From assembly GCA_004022145.1 (NCBI GenBank), contig RCNU01000006.1: a DNA stretch of 64,000 bases; one strand, written 5' to 3'. This DNA is from Paecilomyces variotii. Taxonomy: Eukaryota. Made by a program: the position numbers and the translations under genes. The notes under the pieces were generated by a model. The model was not told the DNA's origin and searched no databases. It worked only from the letters and a program-made list of their open reading frames with translations. Shown one piece after another: positions 45,624-58,598 of the stretch (position 1 is the stretch's first letter; the number at the start of each line of letters is the position of its first letter).

Positions 45624-48600
45624 GGTGGCAGAAGACCGTGAAACGTTCTATAGATGAGCAGCGAATCCTTTTTCTGAGTGATCTGAATACCGTCCCAGAG
45701 ATATTCAGTATGCTGTATTGGACTCGGGGGGCCTCGAGTAGAGATATGGCGTTAAGAGAACGTGATGGTCAAGGTTGTGTGATGAAAGAAACGCCGGAGA
45801 GATGAGACGTGAGAGCATTTGACCCTTGAGTAGTGCGTCCACATCGCCTGGTTGTGTTATTCTCGCTCTAGCTCACGGAGAGCTATGCACCATGCCTGTA
45901 TACAAACCCTGACTAGGGGAAAGATCATCTAGGTGGTTCAAAGAAGAATTATCACTGCAGGCTTCTAGTAAAGAATATATGATACCATAATCAAGTAAAC
46001 AGTTCAAGTGCTATGCACACAAGGAGCGACAGTATAGGGGTTGATAATGTCCGGGGCATCATGAGCCAAGAACAAAGTTGTCGCGGCACAGTGCTTACTT
46101 CTACTCCAAGTATTGGCCTCGCCATTCATATCGGCAAGTGGGCAAAGCCGCTGGTGCCAGAGACGGCTTAGAAATTCTAGAGTCTTGAAACCGTGCGCAG
46201 GACTCCCTGGGCTTAAGGTTGAAGCTGGCAAGGATTCGAGTCAAACCAACATGGGCCTGAGCTCTGAAGAACACCAGCGTCGACTTATTATGCAGCCCAT
46301 TACCCCGTTGCGGCTGATTTCCGATTCCGCGGTAAAGAATGGGGAGGAGACCAAAAGTGAGCCCTGCGGACAGTCCCTAGTGCCTGGTCTTTATCTAATC
46401 ACGAATGAAAACTCTGCAGACGAAATGGATACATGATCTTAGCCATTGAGTCTCTCAAAGATAGACGCCAATCCGCCCCATAATGGAGTCAATAGGTCAA
46501 TCTAAGCTTTATGGCTTTGTTTCAGGGCTCCAGAATGGACCGTTGAGCTCCATGACAGGAAAGGACATCGAACACAGAGTCTCCCAATACATGTTTGTCG
46601 ACTTCCATTCGATATCCTCAGTCATTCTAGGGATCTGACACGCGATCAAGTAGCGAAAGCGGCTAATCTTCGGGGGTCATGACCACGACATCGGGGACCA
46701 TACAGGTGGCGAACAGCGTTATTGATACGAGGTTCGATCTCATCTCGAAGAAGATCGTTACCTCTGCAGAAACGCTTTGAGCACTTATTCCAACCGGATG
46801 CAGGTCCGGCGGCGCTAGCTAGGGCCAGGGGGTTGGTACGCTATACTGATGGACACCGATGAGAAAGTGGAGGAAGTGGACGAGCAGCACTGAACATTTA
46901 CTCTACTTCGCTCCGCATCCAATTGATACGTGTTTTATGCTCTTGTTATGACCCTGCACGATGAGAGCTGCCATGATCGAATGGAATAGATCGATGCTAT
47001 ATCGGAACTGTTCTCAGATTCCCCAAGGGCGAAGAAAACTTGCTTTGGAGGCATACACTGTATAGGTAGTTACCCCGGAATCTCAGAGACAAATACCACG
47101 ACAGCGGATGGATGTCGTGGCGTGAGAGAGACAAGAGTTCTTTCCCTGCGTAGAATACCCTAGATAGCAGGTCCTGTCTAAAAGCCTCGAATGGCTCCTT
47201 TGACGGAGATACTTGCACATGAAGCAGTCTCACCGAGTCTACTACTGTAGTAGAATACTCGCCGGTTACGTTCGCTAAGTAGGTACAACAAACCAGCCGA
47301 CTCCAGAAAGCGGGGCGAGTTCGCTGCGGGGAGAACCCTCGTCTACTTAAGTAGTAGTAAGTACAGTACTTCCTCGGCCCAGGAACGCACGGCTTATGTG
47401 GCCCTCGCTCTCGATTCACCGAAGCATCCAGGAGCAGAATAGCGCTGACCAGAAAGATTAATCAGGCTTCCTGATGTTCTGTTGTTACCGATCAGCCTCA
47501 ATCGGCCTGAGATGAATATGCATTATTCCCTTAGGAAATCAGCTGGATACGAATCGCGGTTGGGGAGCTGAGCAATGGAACACGATCAATGATCGTCATC
47601 ATATCGCATGCCCTTTGACGTCCAAACCATAGTATATCAGAATATTCCAATATCTGGTGGCGTTTGTGCGCATGCGAGTATAAGGGGCGAAAGGAGATCT
47701 CGACGCCACTTTTTGGAAATCGTGCGCATGGATCGCGAGGTAGAATTCCCCTGACAGGAAAACGGCCCGAAAGACTGGAAAAGCCCAAGAAGGAGATGCA
47801 GAAAAAGGTTTGTAGCTCAGACGCCATCGCTACGGTGCTGACATCCTCCTCGATGGATACGTACCAAGAGCATCAACAAACTTGGTTGGCCACCACAAGA
47901 CAGCAGCACCGTCAATCGAAGCTTTCTGAGCATCAGGTCGTCGGGTCATACCGAAGATTCGGGCCTTTCCGTAGCCTGTATGTACGCAGAGTGTGAAGTA
48001 CTAGAGTTTCAATAGCCCCTGATGAAACAATCTGTATAGTTCACCAAACGCTTATCATCGTCCACCATCAAAATATCATGCATCTAGGCTAGGCATTATG
48101 CGAATCTGCCAAAAACTAGCTAGTGCGACATCATCTTAGCAAATACAGTGGCCGATATTGAAAGATCACCGTTGTAAGACCCTGACAGGCCCAATGGTCC
48201 CAAGAAAAACTTCTGCCTTTTCCCCCTTGCATCCCAACGTGAAAGCCACCACGTTCATGTTGTATCTTATGTAGACGGAGCATACTTTTACCGTCTCACA
48301 GGTGCATCATTCAGAACTGCACCCCGTTAGCTTTATGGGCAAAGCGTCTGCTGCGATTTTACACGAACCAAAACCGATTCTCCAAACATGTTTAGTCCCC
48401 CTCAAAACCTCTGCGGTTTCCCACAGGTTTAGAGACGATCCCTGAGTCAAGTTGAGACGAGACGAGTCATCAGAATGATCTTCCTGAAAAGCTAATCCCA
48501 CAAGACCTTGGAACGAAGTTCCGTATGGAATCCCTACGGGGAGAGAGAGCGCAGCTGACAAGAGCTCTAATGTCGTTCATAATTATCTCTTTTTTTGAAC

Positions 48601-49041
48601 TCCTGATCCCTCGTATGCATGAGTCATGACTGTTGTAGCGCCTCTACCTAATTGTATGGTACTAAGATCTGAGGTCACCCTGGAATAATAAAGAGAGCAC
48701 TGAAGGGAACGGCTTCAAAACAATTAAATACGAAATTATCAGGCAGGGTTATGATTTTTATTACCAATGCTTAAATAAGTCCATGGCGAAATTCAGAACA
48801 TTTGGTACTATGTCGAGCCGCGTTGTTCGGATTATACCCGATGTCTGCAGCGCACACTTCGATGGATTTAAACGATGGCCGATCTAGATGAGATATATAT
48901 ATATATGTCTATATATGTTTATATTTATCGGAATAAACAGAAGTTGTAAATCCTAGAATAAATAAATGAACAAAGATCACAAGGGAATAAAACAGAACAC
49001 AAATATTTATATCTATACACAGGTACTGTTATGCTGGGGGG

Positions 49042-49089
49042 AATTAGGGAAGGAAGGAAAATGCAAATTAGGGAAGGAAGGAAAATGCA
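49042..49089 (+). repeat. Perfect 24-bp tandem duplication
   Basis: AATTAGGGAAGGAAGGAAAATGCA twice in tandem. Confidence 0.95.
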
Positions 49090-49792
49090 TCTATGTTTCA
49101 GCAGCGGAGTCTAGGAGCTTCTCAAAACCAAGCAGTTTGACGTAAAGCCCGTAGTAAAAAGCAAAACACGAAGAGAAGTTAATTCCATAGGCACGGCAGT
49201 ACGACCTAGATCCAATTCATTCTCCAGTCCCAACACAGCATACTGCCCTGATCCCTCTGTCCTTTAGCTCAGCGGCTCTATATGGAGTCATTTAATGTCA
49301 CGCACAATACTGTCTGGGATAAGATATTAAAGCTATTTAAGAGACATAAGGAGTTACTAGGACTCTGTGCATTTTGTTGCCTTTGTATGGTTTATCTGTC
49401 AAAGTATAAATGGCACTGAAGCAAACAGCTGTATTGAATCTCTCGCAGATCGCTAATTGCTCCCTTAGCTGATTATAGATCACTGGGATCCTTGCTACAT
49501 TATCTTCTTAAGCATGCAAAAAAAAGATCATGACCGGTATCTGCACACATTCCTTGTTCGCTGACGTTACCACAAACCAGTTCATATCCCCATATTAGGC
49601 AGGTGAGCCCATAGTATCATCAATTTATCCTATCCTCGGCATCTTTAATCTCTATCTCACATCAATATAATAGCATGCACAAGAGAAATGAAACCACCAT
49701 AAATCAATATCCTTTTCGGGTATAAACGCCATGCTCTCCTCACCCGCAGTTCCCAAGCGTCATGCCATCGTTCTTTCCAAACGCCAACTCCT

Positions 49793-50884
49793 CTAGTAGC
49801 CTGGCTGTGCTGCGACCATTCCAGGATAACCACTGGCCATCTGTTGCTGCTGTTGTTGCTGCTGTTGTAGCTGTGCCTGTAGCTGCGGCAGGTCGTTGAA
49901 CCAGGGATGCCGCAGTGCCTCCGCTGCGCTGATGCGCATTTCCGGACGCAGTTGTAGCATCCTGTTGAGCAAGTCGAGTCCAAGCTGGTCAACCTGCGGA
50001 AGGATAAGTCTCAAATCTTGCGTGGCGTATACGTGCCAATTTGGCTTGTATTCTGGGAACTGAGAGATTCCGGGCCAAGTGCGCTCCGACGGCGTACCCA
50101 TCAACCGGAAGATCTTCTGCAGCTGGTCCTCGTTTGTAGTACCGGGGAAGAGAGGTCGACCGGTGTACATCTCTGCCATGATGCATCCGGCAGACCAGAT
50201 GTCGATACTGGTGTTGTATGTTCTGCTACCCAGCAGCACGTCGGGGGCACGGTACCACAGTGTTACGACCTCGTTCGAAAAAGTGTTCACAGGAATACCA
50301 AAAGCTCTGGCAAGACCGAAATCTGCGAGTTTCAGTTGGCCCTTCTTGTTGATGAGGAGGTTCTGCGGCTTGAGATCTCGGTGCAGGACACGGTTCTCGT
50401 GGCAGAAGGCAATGCCTCGAAGAAGCTGGTGCATGAACGACTTGATCGTAATATAGTCCAACTGTCCGCGATCTCCTCGCGAATCCATATATTTCTTTAG
50501 ATCCTTGTCCATATATTCGAACACCAGCATCAATTTGTTCTCCGTGTGGATGACATCGTAAAGGGATACGATGCTCTCGTGTTTCAGCTCCTTCATCAGC
50601 GAAATCTCTCGAATCGCCGTTGACGGTGTACCTTCTTCCGAATCAAGGTGGATCTCTTTGAGGGCCACCATCTCACCCGTCTGGCGGTTACGGCCCTTGA
50701 AGACCTGTAGTGACAGTGGTTAGGCAATGAAGGAAGTAGGGGCGTAAGAGGGGCGTGTTAACGTACGGTCGCATAGGTACCTTCTCCCAGCTATCAAGAG
50801 TCAGTGGATATTCGCACTGAGACATCATCACGATCCGCTTACCTTTTCCAGCTGCTGGAAGGAGCTGGGTTGCTGCTTGTCCAT
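49793..50884 (-). CDS. phoA: Cyclin-dependent kinase Pho85/PhoA
   Basis: [14 protein letters not shown] / LGEGTYAT / [73 protein letters not shown]. Two 5' introns; poly-Q tail. Confidence 0.95.
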
Positions 50885-51418
50885 CGTTTGCGCTGGCGAT
50901 CTCGGATGCGGCGACTTCAGCCGTGGCGGGGCTCTGACACGCTGGGGGAAGAGAAAGGAAGACGGAGCGACGATAGAGGAAGCCAGATCGAGGTAGGAAG
51001 CAGTGCTGGCGATATGGGAAGGACGGCTCCTGGGTGACTTTAAAGTCCGATTGTCCATGTCCAACTTGATAACAGCCAGCCCTGCTGGAGCCCCGCGCCT
51101 TTCTGGATGGCGCTACCCAGGAGTGAATCGGTGATGGATACCCACTCGCCCGCGCCTTGAAGACAACACGGCAACGGAATTATTAGGCACGGCGCTTAAG
51201 GTTCTTCCAATAGTCTCCATCGATCGATCCTGTGGATAAATTTGGACCAGACGCCCTTACTTACTACTCGCAAGGACTTGCGATCTATCCTCGCTATCCG
51301 GGACTGCTCAAGTGGTTCAGTATCAGACTATCTAACACCGTCATTATTACTATGGATCACACTGAAAAAGAACTGAATGATCATCGTCGTTTTCTATTTA
51401 TTTTTTATTCTATTCTCT

Positions 51419-52555
51419 CTAATTAAGAGGATCAAGCCGCGATGCGACTTCGGGCAGTATCAGTTCAGCCCTGTGGCTGCACCGTACGTGTGGTCCTGGC
51501 TCTTTGTCACTAGGGAAGATGACTGTTTCGTTGCGGACGCCGCCCAAGTTCAATATCCCTATGGGCATGCCTCTTTTGTAGGCTCTTTCAACTAACCTCC
51601 ACGCAGAAAATGTCGCAAGGCTACTACCGACTACTAGCAGTCTGCCAGCATCGTCAATCGCCTCTTCGGCTGCAATCTTGACGTCGAGGCCTATATTCTC
51701 GCCGAACATAATGACTGCAGGTTTCAAGATGCCTGCAGTAGAGCCTGGAGACCAAGCACCGTCACTCTCAACGTCCACCCTGGATTTGGACCCATCTGCA
51801 AGTAATGGTGGACTTTCCAGACAGTGCGGACAAGCTGGGTACCGGAACATAGAATACGGGGCATGTGCAAGATCAACATCGCCATCGGGGTTCACCTTGA
51901 GCCCTCTTCGCCGTTGCTCTTCAGGATTATCCGTATCCAGAGCCCCAGACTCGACTATCTCATCCAAGAACTCCGCCCAGGCTGGATTGAGCCTTCTCAA
52001 CGACTGCTGGTATTCCTCTCGCGGGATATGCCTTCGGCAACTGATGCATATTACCGATCTCAGGTATCCGTGGAGTTCCAGCGTATGTAGGTTCGGATGT
52101 GCAATCGAATGGAAAGAATCGACATTTTGGGTCACGACAGAGCTGATGTAGCCCTTCTCACCCAGATCGCGAATCGCCCGGTGAGTAGCGTTTGGCTTCG
52201 CCCTCAGCAGGCCGGGCCATCCGACAAAGCTTCTGGCCCAATATCGCTTCCGTGCCTCATGCCTGGTCACGAACTCATGATAGTATGTCGGTCTGTATGA
52301 TTTATTCCTGATGTAGGTGCCGTTTTCGCCTCTGTAGTCTGATAAGCCAGAGGCCACCGATATCCCAGCGCCAGTGAGGAGGACAGTTTGCGCGTTTCTC
52401 CCAACGTCGACGCCTCTGAGCAGGGGGGACGGGGGAGCCGTAAAGAAGGAGGTGATCGCATCGATAGCCCCCGATACTGTGCTTGCGCTTCGCGGAACGA
52501 TGATCGGAGGCGGCAAGGGACCCGTGAAGGGGATTCTAATTGCTGGAGTCGTCAT
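51419..52555 (-). CDS. Sir2-family NAD-dependent deacylase, SIRT4-like (class II)
   Basis: GAGISVASGLSDYRG, RKRYWARSFVGW, TQNVDSFH, LHG, CxxC..CxxC, NPDGDV and GSSL motifs. First ATG at 52555. Confidence 0.9.
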   Translation of the reverse strand: MTTPAIRIPFTGPLPPPIIVPRSASTVSGAIDAITSFFTAPPSPLLRGVDVGRNAQTVLLTGAGISVASGLSDYRGENGTYIRNKSYRPTYYHEFVTRHEARKRYWARSFVGWPGLLRAKPNATHRAIRDLGEKGYISSVVTQNVDSFHSIAHPNLHTLELHGYLRSVICISCRRHIPREEYQQSLRRLNPAWAEFLDEIVESGALDTDNPEEQRRRGLKVNPDGDVDLAHAPYSMFRYPACPHCLESPPLLADGSKSRVDVESDGAWSPGSTAGILKPAVIMFGENIGLDVKIAAEEAIDDAGRLLVVGSSLATFSAWRLVERAYKRGMPIGILNLGGVRNETVIFPSDKEPGPHVRCSHRAELILPEVASRLDPLN

Positions 52556-53220
52556 GGAGGAGACATCGTCGGCCAGAAATAGAGAAAAAGGACGACGCGG
52601 GTATTCTTCGTATAAATTAACTCTGATTGGAAATCTGCTGGAGTTGATATGGCTGAAAAGCAAGCACTATGGAATTATTATTAGTATTAGCTCGACTGCG
52701 ACTGATCGATCGATCCCCTTGGCTCATTGCGTCGGCGGCTGCGGAGCTCCCGCGAGTTATCGTGGGGCCTCCCCGGCCACTCCAGGGCTTTAGAAGACAA
52801 CAGAACAAGAAGACCAGGATGAGCTGAGCGTTAGTAGTAAGAGTGACGAATGTGGATCAACAATAATAATAATAATAGCAGAAATTGGCTCTCTTGAATG
52901 AGCATCTCTGAAATGCCAAGATTGGCAATCTCTCTCCGCGCAGAGCGGATGGACGCGCGGAGCCCGGCGGCTCCGAAATCAGCACATGTCGGTATCTACT
53001 CGCCGCTGCCGGACTTCTTGTGCCTTTTGAAGGAGACATACAGTAACTAACAGACCAGTATTTTCCCATTCACAAGCTCTTGGGCGACTGATCATCCTAC
53101 ATTACTTGCAACTCTCGTGCAGGCCTGGCGATGGGCTTATTTGACCTATCCAGAAAGCAAAAGAACACTCTGTCCTTAGCATTCTCGTGTTCGTGCGCGT
53201 AATCCCGGTGCGTCGCCCTG

Positions 53221-54755
53221 ATGGCGCTGACGCACCCCCTGTGGTACAGGCACCGTTTCCCGCCAGCGCTCCGCTGTCTCAGTGCCCGTAAGGAGCTGTC
53301 CAGCGTGTATCGCTCCCGGTGCTCTCGCCAGCTGCGTGTTGTCTGGACGCCAACTGTCTCGCGTGGTCGCTGTCCTCGTTCAGATAACATCTCTCCACAG
53401 TCTCCTCCATCCTCCAATGCTCCTGTCCATACTTCACGTCCCTTGACGCCCATTCCGCTCATGGCCATCCAAACAAGAACCCATGCTGGTCACAGCCACG
53501 GCCACCACCACCATCACCACGACAATGTCTATCTGACCTCGTCAAATAAAAATGATGCTGGAGTTCGCATCACCCGAATTGGCCTCCTGGTCAACCTGGC
53601 AATGGCAATTGGCAAGTTTGTGGGAGGCTATATCTTCCACTCTCAGGCCCTGGTTGCCGATGCGTACCATGCGCTCACAGATCTCGTGTCTGACTTCATG
53701 ACACTTGGAACAGTCTCCTGGTCTCTGAAACCTCCAACGGACCGGTTTCCGAATGGATATGGAAAGGTGGAGAGTATTGGTGCCCTGGGTGTTAGCAGTC
53801 TGTTGCTCTGCGGTGGAGTGTTCATGGGCCTGAATGCCACCGAGGTCCTCCTCGGCCTGTTCCTCCCGGAGGTGGCAGAAACTCTCTCCCACATAGGTCT
53901 CCTTGGCCATGGGCATTCGCATGGACACAGTCATGGATTAGAAGAACTGGGCCCTAACATTAATGCGGCATGGTTGGCAGGCGGATCTATCATTGTAAAG
54001 GAATATCTTTACCATGCTAGTGAGTGCCCCCTTGAATCCAAACCTTGATGGCGATGACTAACCATATTGGTACCTGAACAGCAATGAAAATTGCAAAGGA
54101 TCGCAAATCATCCGTTTTAGCCTCGAACGCCGTACACCACCGTATCGACTCGCTTACTAGCTTTGTCGCGCTATTGACAATCGGTGGTTCTCACCTGTTT
54201 ACAGATGCCTCCTGGCTGGATCCAGTTGGTGGACTGGTGATCTCTATGATGGTTATCCGAGCAGGCTGGGATAATACAAAGACTGCACTTCTCGAGCTTG
54301 CGGACACTACCGTGGATGGAGAGATCAAAGCTTCCGTGAAGAAAGCAACGTCCAAAGCTCTGGCCGAAGCTGGAAACAGTCAATCAGTTGAAATAAGAGA
54401 TGTACAAGGTCTGAAGTCTGGTCAGAACTACCTGATGGAAATTGAACTGGCCGTGCCCGGATCCTGGCCAGTCGATCGATCCCGGGAGATCGAGAAGAGT
54501 GTTCGTGAGCGCGTTGGATCCCGCGTTCGGGGTGTGAAGCGGGTGAAGGTCCGCTTCGTGCCACAAGCCGACAAAGAGGTCAGCTTCACCGAAGAATTCA
54601 TTCCACCCGGAGTCAGCCCACGGAGCAGTCCTGAGCCTGAGGGTTCTGATGAAGTGGACCATGACCATGACCATGACCACGATCATGACGACGGAGACGC
54701 GCACAGCCATTCGCACAGCCATTCGCCGGAAAACAGTGTCCACAAGAGACGTTAA
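53221..54755 (+). CDS. Cation diffusion facilitator, mitochondrial Mmt1/Mmt2-like
   Basis: Arg-rich presequence-like N-terminus, His-rich loops, SQALVADAYHALTD, YGKVESIG, SNAVHHRID and LDP motifs. One intron ~54020-54081. Start codon uncertain. Confidence 0.85.
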
Positions 54756-56018
54756 GATTGCCGGGGTGTGGTTCCTTGGAGGCGGAGGTAATCTCATGTC
54801 GAGGTGCCACCAGCTTTGTCCTGCAGAAACAAGCCTCAACATTACGATACCCTAAGAAGCGGGAGGACAGAACGACCGCACATGATGGTCGTTGCAAGGG
54901 GTCATTCTGGAATATAGAAAATAAGTGGCGTTGTAACTGTCCTGGCTAGAAGGAGCCTTGGAGTACGAAGCAGATAACCTCTTTTTGCCGTTGATGCTCC
55001 TTGAGCTCGAGATTGGACGGATCTTCGGGGGTTTCGCCAAACCTCGATCGTCTGTCCTCATACTTTGAACCATCGTGTCGCTCATGAAGTCTTCTGATAG
55101 TGCTTCATCGAGAATAGAGCAGAGTCTCCCATGTACCAAAACGGCCAGCAGGAAACTGCCATAGATGAACGCACGCACTGCATCAATGCGAAAGTGCATA
55201 CAATGAACCGGGGTCTCGTAAAGCGTCAAGTTCAAGGTGCAGGCAATGGCTTTTCTTAGTAGTACGCAGTGCCTGTTAGTTATTTCTTTTGTGCTGGTAC
55301 TGTCCTTATCAACTATTGTTATCAAGCCAGGCAGAGCTCCCAGCACTACTATATAATCCACGCTAGACTAGACTTTCCTCGAGTCCGGTTAAAATGCGCA
55401 AATTCTTCGGCGCCAGACCGAGTGGAGCCACCATATCCTCCTTCGACCATCCCGCTTTACATCACCGCGGGGTACTCTCGCCCGCACACCGCGCAGCAGC
55501 AACCCGTAAGGATCTTCAACGCTTGCAGGGGCTCAATTGGATTTTTATCTTTTTTCTTTCGCCGCATTATCTCTGATTTGCATCATCAATTTATATAGTA
55601 GATATATATTATATATATATCTCTCTCGGTGGTTCCAGACTGCGCAGCTGCGACGTACTTCGGTACATAATACATACAACCGTAGTCGCGCTGGTGTGAA
55701 GCCTCCTCGTAACTCACACTTTGCCGGTGTGACTACGTGTTAAAAGGGTAAATTGGCTGGAACTGCTGCTTCCCAGAAAGAAGCGATCATACTACCGTTC
55801 CAGATGCACCCTGAGAGTGATTTAGGCATCTCAAATCATCTTGTGCTTTTCCACTGATCTCGTGATCATCTATTATTTTCCCGAGAGTAATCTGTCTAGA
55901 TCTCCTTTTCCTTTGCGTTCCTCCTTTCTTTTTTTTTCTCTCTTTCAGTGCCATCTTAGACAATTACACCGGACATTTACACCCTCCCTCGAGAAAAGGA
56001 GAGACAATTGTCACGAAA

Positions 56019-57821
56019 ATGGGTTCCCAGGGTCCTCTCTACCTTGGGTTCGACCTTTCGACTCAGCAGCTGAAGGGTCTCGTGGTGACCTCGGATCTGA
56101 AGGTTGCCCACATTGCCAAGTTCGACTTCGATGCCGACTCGAAAGGCTTCGGCATCAAGAAAGGCGTTCTTGCCAATGAGGCGGAGAGAGAGGTCTTTGC
56201 GCCTGTGGCCCTCTGGCTTCAGGCCCTTGACGGCGTGCTGAGCAAGCTGAAGGAGCAAGGACTGGACTTCAGCCGCGTGAAGGGTATCAGTGGTGCGGGG
56301 CAGCAACATGGCAGTGTGTACTGGAGCCACGACGCGGAGAAGCTGTTGAAGACCTTGCAGAAGGAGAAGACTCTTGAGGAGCAATTGCAGGGGGCCTTTT
56401 CTCATCCGTACAGCCCGAACTGGCAGGATGCCAGTACGCAGAAGGAATGCGATGAGTTTGATGCTGCCTTGGGGAGCCAGGAGGAATTGGCCAACGTGAC
56501 GGGAAGCAAGGCGCATCATGTGAGTTCTATTCTTCCTCTTTAGCCTCGTCTTTGAAGTATGTACATGTGCTGACGCTTCTGTCCTTTATAGAGATTCACT
56601 GGTCCCCAGATTCTCCGTTTCACACGGAAGCACCCGGATGCCTACAAGAAAACCGCAAGGATATCTCTGGTGTCTTCGTTTTTGGCCTCGCTGTTCCTTG
56701 GTCACATCGCACCTTTTGATATTTCCGATGTCTGTGGAATGAACTTGTGGAACATTAAGAACGGCGCCTACGATGACCGCCTTCTCAAACTTGCCTCTGG
56801 TCAATTCGGCGTTGAGGACTTAAAGAATAAACTGGGAGATGTCCCCGAGGATGGAGGCCTTGACCTAGGCAAGATTGATAGGTACTTCGTGGAGCGATAT
56901 AACTTCAGCCCGGATTGCACGATTATTCCCGCCACCGGTGACAACCCCGCCACTATTCTTGCTCTGCCTCTGAGATCGTCAGATGCTATGGTCTCACTGG
57001 GAACTTCGACTACTTTCCTGATGTCGACTCCTCACTACAAACCAGACCCCGCCACTCACTTCTTCAACCACCCTACCACGCCCGGCTTGTACATGTTCAT
57101 GCTTTGCTACAAGAACGGAGGTCTCGCTCGTGAACATGTCCGGGATGCAATTGATGCGAAGCTGGGCAAGGACTCTGCCAATCCCTGGGCTAACTTCGAC
57201 AAAGCTGTGCTGCAGACGCCAGCATTGGGCCAAAAGACCGACTCGGAGAAGATGAAGATGGGACTCTTTTTCCCGCGACCAGAGATTGTTCCCAATCTGC
57301 CTGCTGGACAGTGGCATTTCAATTATAACCCGAAGGATCAGGCGTTGCAGGAGACGACTGACGGCTGGGACAAGCCACTAGATGACGCTCGTGCGATTGT
57401 CGAGAGCCAGTTGCTTTCCCTCCGCCTCCGTTCGAAGGGACTTACCCAGAGCCCCGCGGAGGGTATCCCCGCACAGCCTAGACGAGTGTATCTCGTCGGT
57501 GGCGGATCGAAAAACAAGGCCATCGCCAAGGTCGCCGGCGAGGTCCTTGGAGGCGTCGAGGGCGTCTACAAGCTGGACGTTGGTGACAATGCATGCGCTC
57601 TGGGCGCCGCCTACAAGGCCGTGTGGGGTCTGGAGAGGAAGCCCGGCCAGACCTTCGAAGAGCTCATCGGTCAGCGATGGAGGGAGGAGGATTTTATCGA
57701 GAAGATTGCCGATGGATACCAGAAAGATGTCTACGAGAAATATGGCCTCGCGGTGGAAGGCTTCGAGAAGATGGAAAAGGAGGTTCTGGCGGAGGAAGCC
57801 GCCAAGCACGGCAAGGCGTGA
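56019..57821 (+). CDS. xkiA: D-xylulose kinase (FGGY family)
   Basis: [40 protein letters not shown] and VGGGS motifs. One intron ~56520-56592. Confidence 0.93.
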
Positions 57822-58598
57822 ACCTGGAGATGGAAATATTAATGACAGGCATGACGTATCTTTGCTCCTTTATATATATAGACAGTCGAATCGCATCTAG
57901 TCTTCAGTGTCCATTTGGGCGAATCCCTTTCAAGTACGTACTACTCCGTAGTTAGGTCGGACTAGAGGGTTAGAACTACTGCGTGAAACGGCGGGGCATC
58001 GAAAAGGGATCGACTCAAGTATATTTTTGCATATTCTGCATGTAGATAGCTTCCTGCAAAAAAAAAAAAAAAAAGTGTCCCTCTTTCTGTGTCGACTTGT
58101 AATTTCATCTCCAGTTTGTTTCTTGACGATGCTAAATTGCCCGAGAACAAGCGGAGGAAAGCCGGGCACGTACACCGTTGCCTTTTTGGGGCTCCGGCCC
58201 AAAATTGCGGATGCCAAGCCCCCAGATCAATTATTATTATGATTATTATTATTATTATTCTTCTTCCTTCTGTGCACAAACACACAGTGCCTCATCTGTA
58301 TTAGTTTATCCCGCAACTATCATTAATATTCTCTCTTGGTCCGATAGTAAGTCCCTGGGCTAAGCCTTTCTTCCGTGGCTGAACTGGGGCTAACTCATAA
58401 CTGGAGCCTTGAAGGACACAGCCGACACCGCCCGCATGTTCTTGTAACTACCATGGCTCGATGACTGACCTCTGAATGATATGACCTTCCACATTGAATT
58501 TTGAAGCAACAACCGTCACACGAAACTCCCACACGTCCCAGTCGCTCATCGCTTTCAGGGTCATCTACGACTCCGGAAGCAAGTTGGGCTGGCCGAAG

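Noticed and set aside
49042-49089. TTAGGG within the tandem duplication as a telomeric relic
   Set aside because: Only two separated hexamers, not an array.
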